This document shows positions 51,536 to 62,191 of a DNA stretch of 64,000 nt, piece after piece (position 1 is the first letter of the stretch; every line of letters begins with the position of its first letter). The position numbers and the translations under genes were made by a program. The notes beneath the pieces were generated by a model that was given only the letters and a program-made list of their open reading frames with translations, was not told the origin of the DNA and ran no database searches. Origin of the DNA: Pseudomonadota bacterium (GTDB lineage Bacteria; UBA10199; 2-02-FULL-44-16; JAAZCA01); contig JAZDOG010000101.1 of the NCBI GenBank assembly GCA_043798915.1, positions 21,150-85,149 on the forward strand, read 5' to 3'.

Positions 51536-53146
51536 ATGCCACACAGAATAATCGGCATCGACGTCGGCAGCTACTCGGTCAAGGTCGCCATGATCGAGCG
51601 GAGCTTCAAGTCGTTCGCCTTCGTGGAATTCTACGAGCGCCGCATACAGTACAACGAGCTCCTGAGCCCCGATGAATCCGTTGCCATCGCCATCCAGGGG
51701 CTTGTGGACGATCACAACCTCCAATGGGAGGCGGCCTGCTCGGGCTTCCCGGCGCAGAGGGTGACATCCAGGCTCCTCACCTTTCCGTTCGGCAGCTCCA
51801 AGAAGATAGATCAGACCGTCCAGTTCGAGATCGAGAGCTACATACCCTTCAGCGTCGAGAACGTCGTCGTCGACTATGTCGTCGTGTGGCACACGAAGGA
51901 CGCCTCGCGGGTGATGGTGGTCTATGTCCAGAAGAAGGACCTCGTGCGCGAGCTCACGATGCTCGGGACCGTGGGGGTCGACCCGCGCTTCATCTGCATC
52001 GAGGGCGTGGAGCTTGCAAACCTCATCAACATGGGGATGGTCCCGCCCGAGGGGGCCTATGCCATAATCGACGCCGGCCATGAGAAGAGCACGGTGACGA
52101 TCTGTCATGGCAGGCGCATGGGCTACATACGCGCCATATCTCTGGCGGGGAAATCGATCACCGCGGCGATAGCTGCGCGCATGGGGCTTCCGTTCGAAGA
52201 GGCCGAGAAGCTCAAGATCGAAATGGGGAACTTGAGCAAACCGGCGGAAGGCGAGACGGTGGACGATCTCACCCGCGGCGTGGGGGAGGCTATTCGCGGT
52301 GTGGTGGATGAGTTTCTCCTGCATCTCAGGCAGACGCTCTTTGCCTACAACGAGAGCGAGGGCATCCCGGTGTAGGGCATATACCTCTGCGGCGGGACGT
52401 CGCGCCTGCCGGGCTTTGATCGCTATATCTCGGATGCGCTGAAGCTCAACGTGACCTATCTCAACTGCTCCGATTTTCACTTCAGCCACTTGGACCGCGC
52501 AGACGCGCACCGGCACGTCATACCTCAGGCGCTGGCGCTGGCGCTCCGCGCCGCGGCCGGCGGCGGCCCGGAGATAAACTTGAGGCGCGGGGAATTCGCC
52601 TTCAAGGGCGACGTCGAAGAGTTAGGAGGGAGCGTCCGGCGGGTGGGGATCGTGCTGGGGCTCATCGTATTCCTGGCGCTCGTAAGCTTCACCGCCAAAT
52701 ACTATTCGGTCAAGCGACAGATAGACAAGATGCGGGGCGACGTGGTGGCTCTCGTTCGGCAGGCCATTCCGGCGACGCCGGCGCGGGCGGTGGGCAGCCC
52801 GAAGGCTGCGATCGGGCTGATCAAATCGAAGGAGACCGAGATCGGCGACCGCATCACGCAGCTCAAGTCGGTGGCTGGCGTATCGCCGCTGGACGTGCTG
52901 AGGGAGGTGTCGGCCGTTCTCCCGCCGCGCAAGGATCTGAAGGTCGAGATATCCGAGCTCAACGTGGCCGGCGACAGGGTGACGATGTCCGGCTCGGTCG
53001 ACGACTTCAAGGCCGTGGACACATTCAAACAGGCGCTGGAAAAATCCACCCTCTTCACGGGCATCACGACAGGCGATGTAGGCAAGGGAGTGAAGGGCGA
53101 GGTGAAGTTCAAGCTCTCCATGGAAATTGCGAAAGAGAAGGAGTGA
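51536..53146 (+). pseudogene. gspL: GspL (PilM/actin-like + TM + PilN-like) interrupted by one in-frame TAG at 52373-52375
   Basis: 'IGIDVGSYSVK...IDAGHEKS...IPV*GIYLCGGTSRLPG...INLRRGEF'; both ORF pieces are in the same frame. Confidence 0.8.
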
Positions 53147-53150
53147 TGCC

Positions 53151-53756
53151 GTGGCACTCAAGGTAGGAAACTTAAGCCTCGAACGGCTCAGGATTGCGAA
53201 TCTCTACAGCGCTTATTTCGGCATGACCCCGCGCGAGCAGACCATAGCGCTCGTCGCCGCAGTGGCCGTGCTGCTGCTGATAATAGTCCTGCCGGTGGCA
53301 GTTGCATCCGGCCGCATCGGCAAGCTGGAGAGCGACGTCTCTGACGGCAAGAAACAGTTCAGGGAGATAATGCGGGCCATCGAATCCTACGATCAGAAGA
53401 AGGCCAGACTCGCGCAGACGCAGCAGATGCTCGCCGGCGGTTTTGATCCGACACTCTCCAGCACGATCGAATCGATCGCGGAGTCGAACGGAATGAAGGA
53501 CAAGATCGACTCCCTCAAGGAGAAACCCTCGGCGCCGTCGGAGACGTTCGATGAGTCCTCGGTGGACGTGCGCCTCAAGAAACTCTCCCTTCAGCAGGCC
53601 GTCGATTTCCTCTATGCGATAGAGCACCAGCCGGACAAGGTCTTGAGGCTCAAGCAGCTTTCGATAAAGACCAGATACGACAACAAGCAGGATCTCGACG
53701 TGTCGTTCACCGTTTCCACGTTCAAGCTGCTCGAGGGCGCTGCAGAAGGGGCTTAG
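53151..53756 (+). CDS. gspM: Type II secretion protein M
   Basis: 'MTPREQ' followed by a TM helix; position between gspL and gspN. Confidence 0.78.
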   Translation: MALKVGNLSLERLRIANLYSAYFGMTPREQTIALVAAVAVLLLIIVLPVAVASGRIGKLESDVSDGKKQFREIMRAIESYDQKKARLAQTQQMLAGGFDPTLSSTIESIAESNGMKDKIDSLKEKPSAPSETFDESSVDVRLKKLSLQQAVDFLYAIEHQPDKVLRLKQLSIKTRYDNKQDLDVSFTVSTFKLLEGAAEGA

Positions 53757-53757
53757 A

Positions 53758-54675
53758 ATGGGTTTGAAGTTTCTCAAGCTCGTTGCATACGTGGGGCTGT
53801 TCGTATTCAGCTTCGTGTTGTTTCTCTATTGGTTCTTCCCCTACGAGGTCCTGAAGGACAGGATAACCGGAGCGATCGAGCAGCAGCTAGGGGGCGGCGT
53901 CGAAGTCGACATGAAGGACTTGAAACCCTACTGGTTCACGGGCGTCGACGTGTCGGGGCTCACCATAGGTGCGGCTGGGGGAGGCGGCAAGGCCGCTCCT
54001 CTGGTCGAGTGCAAGAGGGTGAGGGCGCGCGCGTCGTTTTTCTCGCTGCTGTTTGGAAGGCCCAGCGTGTCGTTCGACATAAAGATAGGCAAGGGCGAAA
54101 TTTTCGGGAGCGCAAGCCAGTCCGATGAGGTCTTTTCTGTCGACGCGGACCTGGACGGCGTCGACCTCGGCAACTTCAAATTTATCCCCTCGAGCACGGG
54201 GCTCTCGGTCTCCAGCAAAATCAGCGGGAGCGTCGTCCTGCATGTGGATCGGCAGAATCCGGCCAATTCTACGGGCAGCTTATCGCTGTCGCTTCCGGAG
54301 CTCAAGGTTGCGGCCTCGGAGGTGAAGCTGGGCGAAATGGCTGTGCCGCTGCCGGATTTTGTCATCTCCAATGGCCGCGAGTCCCGGATGAAGCTGGATG
54401 TCGGCAAGGGGACGATCACGTTGGAAAACTTCAAGCTGTCGGGCGGGGACCTGGGGGTGGATCTCAAGGGCAAGGTCTTCCTCTCGACGAAGCTCGAGAA
54501 CTACCGGTTCAATCTGAACGGCTCTTTCACCGTATCGAAGAAACTCTCGGATGCGCTGCCGTTCCTCTTCATCGTCGAGCAGCAGAAGCAGCAGGATGGC
54601 AGCTACCCGCTCTCCGTCACGGGGCGGATCGTCAAGCCGACGATCAAGGTAGGGACGTTTACGGTGCCGATGTAG
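53758..54675 (+). CDS. gspN: Type II secretion protein N (deltaproteobacterial type)
   Basis: 'FLYWFFPYE.LK.RI' followed by a beta-rich body; last gene of the cluster. Confidence 0.78.
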   Translation: MGLKFLKLVAYVGLFVFSFVLFLYWFFPYEVLKDRITGAIEQQLGGGVEVDMKDLKPYWFTGVDVSGLTIGAAGGGGKAAPLVECKRVRARASFFSLLFGRPSVSFDIKIGKGEIFGSASQSDEVFSVDADLDGVDLGNFKFIPSSTGLSVSSKISGSVVLHVDRQNPANSTGSLSLSLPELKVAASEVKLGEMAVPLPDFVISNGRESRMKLDVGKGTITLENFKLSGGDLGVDLKGKVFLSTKLENYRFNLNGSFTVSKKLSDALPFLFIVEQQKQQDGSYPLSVTGRIVKPTIKVGTFTVPM

Positions 54676-54711
54676 ATCAGCTCTTCGTTTCAACACCATC
54701 ACACATGAAGA

Positions 54712-56250
54712 TTATGCCCCTTTGCTTGTAGCGCCTTCTCCGTAGGCATCTCGCACGGTCTTTTCCATCTCGGCCACCTCGTCATCGGTCAAAAAATCGA
54801 AATGGCTTCCCCGTTTGCCGGCTGACAGCCGGCCATGGTTCTGGAGGCAGAAACGGATGAACAAGTCGATCTGCCGGTCGGGCATGTCCACGATGGACTG
54901 AATGGCGGCCTTGGTGCGGTCGTAGTTGGCGAGGAATGCCAGCTCGTCGGCCAGTTCCGTGTCGATGGTTTTTTCGATGAAGGCGAACAGCGCCTCAGCC
55001 TGGGGCGTCATGTCAATATAGCGATACCATACGGCCGTGTCGTTGTGCACAATCATTCGGCCTTCATCGTCCAGCGAGTATTCCACCAGAGGCATCAGCG
55101 GCCGGGAGAAGGCTTCCAGCGATGCGTCGTAATCGGCCGGGTTCTTGAGCATGGCTGCCGAGACGGGCAACATGACTCCCTCGTCTCGCCAGAAACCGCC
55201 AAGCGCCAGAATATTGTGGATCAGGAAGCGGTGGATTCGCCCGTTGCCGTCCTCGAACGGGTGCAGGAACACGAACCCATATGCCACTAAAGCGGCGTGG
55301 ACGACGGGTGGAACGCCGCCTGCTGCGATCTTTGGATGCATGGCTGTCAGACCATCCATCAAGCCGGGCAGGTCTTCGGGCCTGGGGCACACGAAGTGAA
55401 CTCGCTCTTGCTGCCATGTCACCGTTTCACCGACATAGTTCTGCGTCTTGCGAAAGTCGGTCGCGGCGAAGCGCGGATCGACGATCCGGTTCTGAAGGCC
55501 GATCAGGTGCGCCTTGTCGCAGAAATCCTCGCGCTCGGCCAGTTGCAGGAGGGCGATGAACCGCTCGGTACGATTCGCGCTGGGCTTGATGTGCTCGATC
55601 TCGAAGGACGACTTTGTCTCTTTCGTGTAGAGGTAGCTGAGCGCCCTCTTGAGCAGTTCCGGCGGATAGGTGGCCACGACCTCCCGGCATCGCTGTTTGA
55701 GATCGGCTGCATCAAAGCGGCGGAGTGTTTCCGTTCGACGGACGGTTGGGCAGAACCGGCCATCGCCAAGAAGATTGTCGTTGATCCGCTGCCGGCGGAC
55801 CTGCCGGGCTGCAAGGCTTGTGTAGTATTCTTCCGGCTTAAGCAGGTCGACGTAGCTGCCGCGCGTGAGGTCGCCCAGCGTCAAGCGGTTGCCGGTGAGC
55901 AGCTCGTACAGATACCACAGCCGCCGCGCGTACTTGCCGGTCGGTCTGGATTGGACGTAGGCAGTGAATTCGCTCTCGTCGGCTGCGCGGAAGATACAGG
56001 CCAGGATCGCCAGGTTCGTGCCGTCATACTTGAGTGCGAATTCCAGGTGGCCGCCCAGCGTGTCGCCCGGCCAGTACCGGGATATATAGGTCTCTCGCAC
56101 CACACTGCCGGTCGAGTGGGTCCGATGCGTCCCGCTTGTGGCGACGTAAGATTCGTGCCAGTTGGGGATCACCCGGAGACCAAGGCGTTCAATGAGAGCA
56201 GCGTAACCCGCTGGTCGAAGCCCTGATCCTTGAGGATCGTTTGCGGCCAT
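54712..56250 (-). CDS. Large Fic family protein
   Basis: 'HPFEDGNGRIHR', 'ETKSSFEIE', 'VDMPDR'. Confidence 0.9.
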   Translation of the reverse strand: MAANDPQGSGLRPAGYAALIERLGLRVIPNWHESYVATSGTHRTHSTGSVVRETYISRYWPGDTLGGHLEFALKYDGTNLAILACIFRAADESEFTAYVQSRPTGKYARRLWYLYELLTGNRLTLGDLTRGSYVDLLKPEEYYTSLAARQVRRQRINDNLLGDGRFCPTVRRTETLRRFDAADLKQRCREVVATYPPELLKRALSYLYTKETKSSFEIEHIKPSANRTERFIALLQLAEREDFCDKAHLIGLQNRIVDPRFAATDFRKTQNYVGETVTWQQERVHFVCPRPEDLPGLMDGLTAMHPKIAAGGVPPVVHAALVAYGFVFLHPFEDGNGRIHRFLIHNILALGGFWRDEGVMLPVSAAMLKNPADYDASLEAFSRPLMPLVEYSLDDEGRMIVHNDTAVWYRYIDMTPQAEALFAFIEKTIDTELADELAFLANYDRTKAAIQSIVDMPDRQIDLFIRFCLQNHGRLSAGKRGSHFDFLTDDEVAEMEKTVRDAYGEGATSKGA

Positions 56251-56511
56251 TTTAATCTCCTGAAAAACGCTTACAATATAGAATTATTGTTTATATATGG
56301 GCTATAGTCAAGAAAAACGTTTACGAGATGGTCAAATAATGGCGTTATACGGAGCCAGGCACGTGAAAATTCATTACAAGATGTACAAAACACTTATATA
56401 ATAGGCCTTGATGGGAATTATGATTATCTTAGGGCAGTAACACCGTCAGACGGATCGAAGTGCTGTAGCGTTTTCTTCTTTCACTCGCACTTTCGTGACT
56501 TGAGCCTTTTT

Positions 56512-56787
56512 TTATCTGTACACCTCTTTGCGATGGCCGATATCGATGACGACGATCAAAAGATGTGAACGGCGGACTTCATAAATTACGCGGTACGGTC
56601 CCACGCGATATTTGTTTAAACCTTTAAGTGCTCCCTTCAGGGGGACTCCAATATCGGGGTCAGCCGAAATGCGATCAATGGCACGAGCAATTCTTGCGCC
56701 GATAGAGGGCTGTGCCTTCATGATCAGGTCAAAAGCCTTCTCAGCCTGTCTGGTAAGTTCAACGCGGAAGGACACCTTGACCCTCAC
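56512..56787 (-). CDS. RelE/ParE family toxin
   Basis: 'PLKG.LKG..KYRVG.YRVIY.......V.VIDIGHRKEVYR'. Confidence 0.9.
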   Translation of the reverse strand: MRVKVSFRVELTRQAEKAFDLIMKAQPSIGARIARAIDRISADPDIGVPLKGALKGLNKYRVGPYRVIYEVRRSHLLIVVIDIGHRKEVYR

Positions 56788-57053
56788 AGTTTATATTTTG
56801 CCTTGACCTTATTCCAATTTACGGTCCTGCCTTTTCTTGCCTCGCGTATCCCTTTTTGGATCCTTTTCAAATTGTTCTTGTCTTCCATTTCCTCGGCGGT
56901 ATCGACCAGGCTTTCAAAGTCATCCATGGAGAGCAGGATAGCGATAGGTTGGCCGTGTTTGGCGATGATATAGCGGTCCAGGTGTTCATCGACATCCTCG
57001 ATGATGCTGGGAAGTCTCGGACGCAACTGCTTGAGCGTGACGTAATTGTACAT
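56784..57053 (-). CDS. Phd/YefM family antitoxin
   Basis: 'IIAKHGQPIAILLS.DDFESL'; overlaps the toxin start. Confidence 0.88.
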   Translation of the reverse strand: MYNYVTLKQLRPRLPSIIEDVDEHLDRYIIAKHGQPIAILLSMDDFESLVDTAEEMEDKNNLKRIQKGIREARKGRTVNWNKVKAKYKL

Positions 57054-57134
57054 GGCATCTCCTTTCCGCCTGATTCAAAGTGTACTTTAATGTGTATACA
57101 TTGTCAAGTGCGGTTTTTGAACTAGCAGAAGGTA

Positions 57135-57446
57135 TTACTTCTTGTCCTCGAACACCACTTCGCCAGGTTTTATATAGCCTAGTTCAGATCGGACGGAGGC
57201 TTCCAGATTCGCCGGATCCGAGAGCAGCCTCTTCTCCTCCGTGAGCCTGTCTATGTCGTCGTTGAGGGAGCGGCGCTCCGTGGCGAGGCGGTTCTTCATA
57301 TCGAGGAGCCTGCGCATCTGGTATATCCCTTTGTCGCCCAGGATGACAAACCAGAAGAAGGCGCCCATGACCGCGATGACGATCATCCTGACCGGAGTCA
57401 GGAAATGGAGAACCGAGGAGAGGATTGTCTGGATGCGTTGTTTCAT
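57135..57446 (-). CDS. ftsB: Septum formation initiator (FtsB/DivIC family)
   Basis: TM helix, 'GDKG', coiled coil, 'R.ELGYIKPGE'. Confidence 0.82.
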   Translation of the reverse strand: MKQRIQTILSSVLHFLTPVRMIVIAVMGAFFWFVILGDKGIYQMRRLLDMKNRLATERRSLNDDIDRLTEEKRLLSDPANLEASVRSELGYIKPGEVVFEDKK

Positions 57447-57448
57447 TT

Positions 57449-58468
57449 TTAAAACAGTATCGCCTGGCTGTCTGCGGCGGGCGTGAGGTTGAAGTGCGCA
57501 TAGGCGAGCTTGGTGGCCACGCGCCCGCGCGGGGTGCGGTGCAGATAGCCCAGCTGAATGAGGTATGGCTCGTAGACATCCTCGAGGGTGTCCGCCTCCT
57601 CGTTGATCGCCGACGATATCGTGTCGATGCCCACGGGCCCCCCGGAAAACTTCTCGATGATGGTCCTGAGTATCTTCCTGTCCATCTGGTCCAAGCCCTT
57701 CTCGTCGACTTCCAGGAGTGTGAGCGCCTCGCCTGCCACGGTCCTGTCGATGTGCCCGTCCGCCCGCACCTGGGCGAAGTCGCGGACGCGGCGCAGGATC
57801 CTGTTTGCGATGCGCGGCGTTCCGCGCGACCGCCTTGCGATCTCCATGGCCCCGCTCGCATCTATGTCGACCGAGAGCTTCACGGCGGAGCGCTCGATGA
57901 TCACGGCCAGATCCTCCGGCGGATAGAAGTCGAGCCTGGCGGTGACGCCGAAGCGGTCCCGTAATGGCGAAGTGAGGAGACCGGCGCGCGTCGTCGCCCC
58001 CACGAGGGTGAAGCGCGGGAGCTCGAGCTTGATCGTCTTCGCCGATGGCCCTTGTCCAACGAGTATGTCGAGTTTGAAGTCCTCCATCGCGGGGTAGAGG
58101 ATCTCCTCGACGACGCTGCTCAGCCTGTGGATCTCGTCTATGAAGAGGACGTCGTGGTCCTTGAGATTCGTGAGGATCGCAGCGAGGTCGCCGGCGCGCT
58201 CGATCACCGGGCCGGAGGTTGATGTGATCCCTACGCCGAGTTCCGCCGCGATGATGTTGGCGAGCGTGGTCTTGCCCAGCCCCGGGGGCCCGGAGAATAG
58301 GACGTGGTCGAGATGTTCGCCGCGCTCTTTGGCCGCCTGGATGAAGAGAGAGAGCCTCTCCTTTACTGCACTTTGCCCAACATACTCCGAGAGGTTGCGC
58401 GGGCGGAGCGTGACTTCGACTTTTTTCTCTTCATCGATAAGCGGCGCTGGTGACAGTGTTGGGTTCAT
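57449..58468 (-). CDS. ruvB: Holliday junction helicase RuvB
   Basis: 'LRP....YVGQ', 'GPPGLGKTT', 'RGTPRIANR', 'RTPRGR'. Confidence 0.97.
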   Translation of the reverse strand: MNPTLSPAPLIDEEKKVEVTLRPRNLSEYVGQSAVKERLSLFIQAAKERGEHLDHVLFSGPPGLGKTTLANIIAAELGVGITSTSGPVIERAGDLAAILTNLKDHDVLFIDEIHRLSSVVEEILYPAMEDFKLDILVGQGPSAKTIKLELPRFTLVGATTRAGLLTSPLRDRFGVTARLDFYPPEDLAVIIERSAVKLSVDIDASGAMEIARRSRGTPRIANRILRRVRDFAQVRADGHIDRTVAGEALTLLEVDEKGLDQMDRKILRTIIEKFSGGPVGIDTISSAINEEADTLEDVYEPYLIQLGYLHRTPRGRVATKLAYAHFNLTPAADSQAILF

Positions 58469-58477
58469 ATCGTTTTC

Positions 58478-59068
58478 CTACACACGGCAGAGTTCTTTGA
58501 GTGCCGCGCGGATCGAATCCTCGATAGGCTGATTATCCGACCAGCCCGCTTTTCTCAAGGCCGTTTCTGCGACGGCGCGCTGATAGCCGAGGTTGGTCAG
58601 GGCGGACACCGCGTCTTCATAGGCGCGGCCGCGGACGGAATAGCCGGCAGCGGCGAGCGGCATCTCGCGGGCTAGCTTGTCTTTGAGCTCGATGATGATC
58701 CTCTCGGCGGTCTTTTTGCCTATGCCCGGGATCGTCGAAAGCCGAGCGCGATCTTCGCCGGCTATTGCCTGGACGAGATCCGAAGCCGGGATGCCAGAGA
58801 GGATCGCCAATGCCGTCTTGGGGCCGACCCCCGAGATCGAGATCAGCCTCTGGAAGAGGGTCTTCTCATCCGCTGTGGCGAAGCCGAAGAGGGAGAGCTG
58901 ATCCTCGCGCACATGGGTGTGGACGTTGACGCTCGCTTTTGCGCCGATCTCGGGCAGCGACGAGAAGGTGGTAAGCGACACGAGCACGCGGTAGCCCACT
59001 CCCCCGACGTCGATCACGCAGTGATCCGGGCTCTTCGATGCGAGGGTGCCTGTGAGGTATGCGATCAT
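58478..59068 (-). CDS. ruvA: Holliday junction DNA-binding protein RuvA
   Basis: 'GVGY', 'VREDQL.LFGF', 'SGVGPKTA', 'PGIGKKTAERI'. Confidence 0.97.
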   Translation of the reverse strand: MIAYLTGTLASKSPDHCVIDVGGVGYRVLVSLTTFSSLPEIGAKASVNVHTHVREDQLSLFGFATADEKTLFQRLISISGVGPKTALAILSGIPASDLVQAIAGEDRARLSTIPGIGKKTAERIIIELKDKLAREMPLAAAGYSVRGRAYEDAVSALTNLGYQRAVAETALRKAGWSDNQPIEDSIRAALKELCRV

Positions 59069-59559
59069 ATGCTCATTTCTATTCTTCTTCTCAGTCCTTC
59101 AGAATTGCAATGGCATATTGCCACCGCAAGCGCGTCGGATGCGTCTTCCATGGCGATCTCGGGGAGGCCCAGGATAACGCGCACCATCTGCTGGATCTGG
59201 TTCTTGGTTGCCCTGCCGTTGCCGGTGACCGCCTGTTTGACCTCCGAAGGGGAGTACTCGGCTATGGCGAGCCCGGCCGATGATGCCGCAAGGATCGCGG
59301 CGCCGCGCGCATGGCCAAGGATGAGAGAGGACCTGGCGTTCTTGGCGAAGAAAACATTCTCCACGACCGCGATGTTCGGCCGATGCGTTTTGATGAGCGA
59401 TGTGAGGCTGGAATGGATATCGCCGAGGCGCTGGGCCAGCGACTGGCCCGCGGCCGGCCGTATGCCGCCGTTGTCCAGGTGTCGGATCGAATTCCCATCT
59501 AATTCCACGATGCCGTAACCTGTGACCGTGCTTCCGGGATCGATACCTAGAACGCGCAT
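59065..59559 (-). CDS. ruvC: Holliday junction resolvase RuvC
   Basis: 'LGIDPG...TGYG', 'GHARG', 'DASDALAVAICH'. Confidence 0.97.
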   Translation of the reverse strand: MRVLGIDPGSTVTGYGIVELDGNSIRHLDNGGIRPAAGQSLAQRLGDIHSSLTSLIKTHRPNIAVVENVFFAKNARSSLILGHARGAAILAASSAGLAIAEYSPSEVKQAVTGNGRATKNQIQQMVRVILGLPEIAMEDASDALAVAICHCNSEGLRRRIEMSI

Positions 59560-59565
59560 AAAGGC

Positions 59566-60309
59566 CTAAACCAGTGCTTCCATCGTTTTTGCGTCGATGT
59601 CGAAGTTGGCGTAGACGTTCTGGACGTCGTCGTGGTCCTCAAGCGCGTCCATGAGCTTGAGCATCTTCTCTGCGGCCGAGTGGTCGAGCTTCACGGTGTT
59701 CTGGGGGACCATGCTCAAGGAGGCCTCGATGTATTTGAGGCCTTTGCCGTCGCAGGCGCTCTTCACCGCGTCGTAAGAGGCGGGGTCGGTGGTGACCGTG
59801 AAGATGCCTTCCTCTTCGCCTATGTCCTCGGCGCCTGCCTCCAGGGCCGTGTTCATCAGGGCTTCCTCGCCGACGGATTTGTCGAAGGTCAGCACGCCGC
59901 GCTTGGTGAACATCCAGCCGACGCAGCCGGCCGCGCCGAGGTTGCCGCCCGATTTTTCGAAGATGTGCCGAAGCTCGGCGACCGTGCGGTTACGGTTGTC
60001 CGTGAGGGCGTCCACCATCACCGCCACGCCCGCGGGGCCGTATCCTTCGTAGGTCACCTCTTCGTACTGAATGCCTTCAAGCTCGCCGGTTCCTTTTTTG
60101 ATGGCTCGCTCGACATTGTCCTTGGGCATATTGGCTGCACCCGCCTTGTCGAGGACAGTGCGAAGACGGGGGTTTCCACCCGGATCACCGCCCCCGATCC
60201 GTGCGGCAATAGTGATCTCCTTGATGAGCTTCGAGAAGATTTTGCCTCGTTTGGCATCTGCGGCCCCCTTCTTGTGCTTGATGGTTGACCATTTTGAGTG
60301 ACCGGACAT
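59566..60309 (-). CDS. yebC: YebC/PmpR family protein
   Basis: '[14 protein letters not shown]', 'YEGYGP', 'DDVQNVY.N'. Confidence 0.95.
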   Translation of the reverse strand: MSGHSKWSTIKHKKGAADAKRGKIFSKLIKEITIAARIGGGDPGGNPRLRTVLDKAGAANMPKDNVERAIKKGTGELEGIQYEEVTYEGYGPAGVAVMVDALTDNRNRTVAELRHIFEKSGGNLGAAGCVGWMFTKRGVLTFDKSVGEEALMNTALEAGAEDIGEEEGIFTVTTDPASYDAVKSACDGKGLKYIEASLSMVPQNTVKLDHSAAEKMLKLMDALEDHDDVQNVYANFDIDAKTMEALV

Positions 60310-60388
60310 ACTGAAAACCTCCGCTTTTATGTGGCTGTATACGGCTTGGCGGAACCTAGCAAAAAGTGCGTGCGGATGTAAAGACCCT

Positions 60389-61447
60389 TCATTTCAGCAG
60401 TCCGTTGAAGTCCTCGACGTTCTTGGCGCGGCGCCGGGCCTCCTCGATCTCTATAATTCCACCCTTCGCCAGCTTTGCGAGCGACTGGTCGAGGGTCACC
60501 ATCTGGCTCTCCTGCTGTCCCATCTGCATCTGGGCGAATAACTGGTGTGTCTTGCCCTCCCGGATGAGGTTCCTGATGCCTGAGTTCGGCAGCAGGATCT
60601 CCAGTGCCAGGGTGCGCCCCCCCTTCACCTTGGGCAGGAGCTGCTGGCAGAACACCCCCTCGAGGATGAATGCCAGCTGGGTGCGGACCTGGTTTTGCTG
60701 GTGCGGGGGAAAGACGTCGATGATGCGATCGATCGTCTCCACGGCGGAGTTTGTGTGGAGGGTGGCGAAGACAAGGTGCCCCGTCTCGGCGACGGTGATC
60801 GTCGCCTGGATCGTCTCCAGGTCGCGCATTTCGCCGACGAGCACCACGTCCGGGTCCTGCCTCAAGATGTGCTTGAGCGCCTGGGTGAACGAGAGGGCGT
60901 CATGGCCCACTTCGCGCTGGTTGATCAGGGATTTTTTCTGTGTGTAGAGGTATTCGATCGGGTCCTCGATCGTCACGATGTGCTCGCTCCTGGTCTCGTT
61001 GATCCGGTCTATGAGCGAAGCCAGCGTCGTCGATTTGCCTGAGCCCGTCTGGCCCGTGACCAGCACGAGACCTCGCGACTTGGTGATGATCTTGAGCATG
61101 CTCTCCGGCAGCCCCAGGAAATCCGGCTTTGGGATGTCGAACGGGATCACGCGGAAGGCGCCCGCAACCTGGTCGATCGACCAGAAGACGTTCGCACGGA
61201 AACGGGCCAGGCCCTTCATTCCGAACCCTAAGTCGATCGCGCGGTCGGCCTCGAAGCGCATCACCTGTTCCTGGCTCAGGCACTCATAGCAGATCTCCTG
61301 CGATTCCTCCGCCGTGAGCGAAGAGTCTCCCACCGGCTGGAGGCGGCCGTCGACGCGTATCTGTGGAGGGAGCCCCGCGTTGATATGGAGATCGCTCCCC
61401 TTCTGCTCGACGACTTTTACAAGAAGGTCTTTGAGTGTGTGTTTCAT
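60389..61447 (-). CDS. pilT: Type IV pilus retraction ATPase
   Basis: 'GSDLH', 'RFRAN', '[10 protein letters not shown]', '[14 protein letters not shown]', 'IRNLIREGK'. Confidence 0.92.
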   Translation of the reverse strand: MKHTLKDLLVKVVEQKGSDLHINAGLPPQIRVDGRLQPVGDSSLTAEESQEICYECLSQEQVMRFEADRAIDLGFGMKGLARFRANVFWSIDQVAGAFRVIPFDIPKPDFLGLPESMLKIITKSRGLVLVTGQTGSGKSTTLASLIDRINETRSEHIVTIEDPIEYLYTQKKSLINQREVGHDALSFTQALKHILRQDPDVVLVGEMRDLETIQATITVAETGHLVFATLHTNSAVETIDRIIDVFPPHQQNQVRTQLAFILEGVFCQQLLPKVKGGRTLALEILLPNSGIRNLIREGKTHQLFAQMQMGQQESQMVTLDQSLAKLAKGGIIEIEEARRRAKNVEDFNGLLK

Positions 61448-61674
61448 CTGTTTATCCTCGCTGTTTTGAATACCTGTGAAAATAGCAGATATGCGGGACA
61501 GAGCACAACAAAAAGCTGCCTCCTCCAGCCAGTGAGTTGTCTATTGCTGGACCTAACCGCAGCAGCGTCATTATAGGCTTTCGTTGTGTTGTCCCTCCCC
61601 AAGACTCCTCCGAAAAATAGTGTGGCATTTTTTACTATTGCTTAATTCTATTCTTTTGAGTAACCATCTGTTCG

Positions 61675-61932
61675 ATGGAAAAGACAATTCAGTTTTCGAA
61701 ACACGCACTTGGGCAGATGGATGAACGCGGTATCTCCCAAAACGAGGTTGTTGAGGCGATCAGAAGCGGTGAACAATCGCCGGCCAAGAAGGGGCGATTG
61801 TCCTTTAGAAAAAACTTTGTATTTGAGAAAATGTGGGCAGGGCGTTTCTATCGTATAAAACAGGTGGTGCCCATTGTGATTGAAGAAAAGCTGTCGCTGG
61901 TCGTTGTGACGGCGTTCTCGTTTTACTTTTGA
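61675..61932 (+). CDS. DUF4258-like protein (putative toxin)
   Basis: 'FSKHA..QM.ERGIS..EV..AI..G', 'VVVTA'. Confidence 0.75.
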   Translation: MEKTIQFSKHALGQMDERGISQNEVVEAIRSGEQSPAKKGRLSFRKNFVFEKMWAGRFYRIKQVVPIVIEEKLSLVVVTAFSFYF

Positions 61933-61943
61933 AAGGAAATAAC

Positions 61944-62159
61944 ATGAAGCTCAGTTACGATCCTTCCGTCGATGCCGCATATATCAGGTTTGAAGAGGGC
62001 AAATTCGAAGTGACCACGCAGAGGCTTTCGGAAGATATTGCTGTGAACTATTCCGCGGATGGAAGAATAGTGGGTATCGAAATTTTATCGGCCAGCGAGC
62101 ATCTGTTTAAAAACAAGAAAGAACCCGTCGTAGAGCTTGAAAATCTCAAAGTAGCGTGA
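61944..62159 (+). CDS. DUF2283-like protein (putative antitoxin)
   Basis: 'YDPSVDAAYI.F...GRIVGIEIL.AS'. Confidence 0.82.
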   Translation: MKLSYDPSVDAAYIRFEEGKFEVTTQRLSEDIAVNYSADGRIVGIEILSASEHLFKNKKEPVVELENLKVA

Positions 62160-62191
62160 TGTTCAAAACAAACTCTGTATCTTCTCCATAA

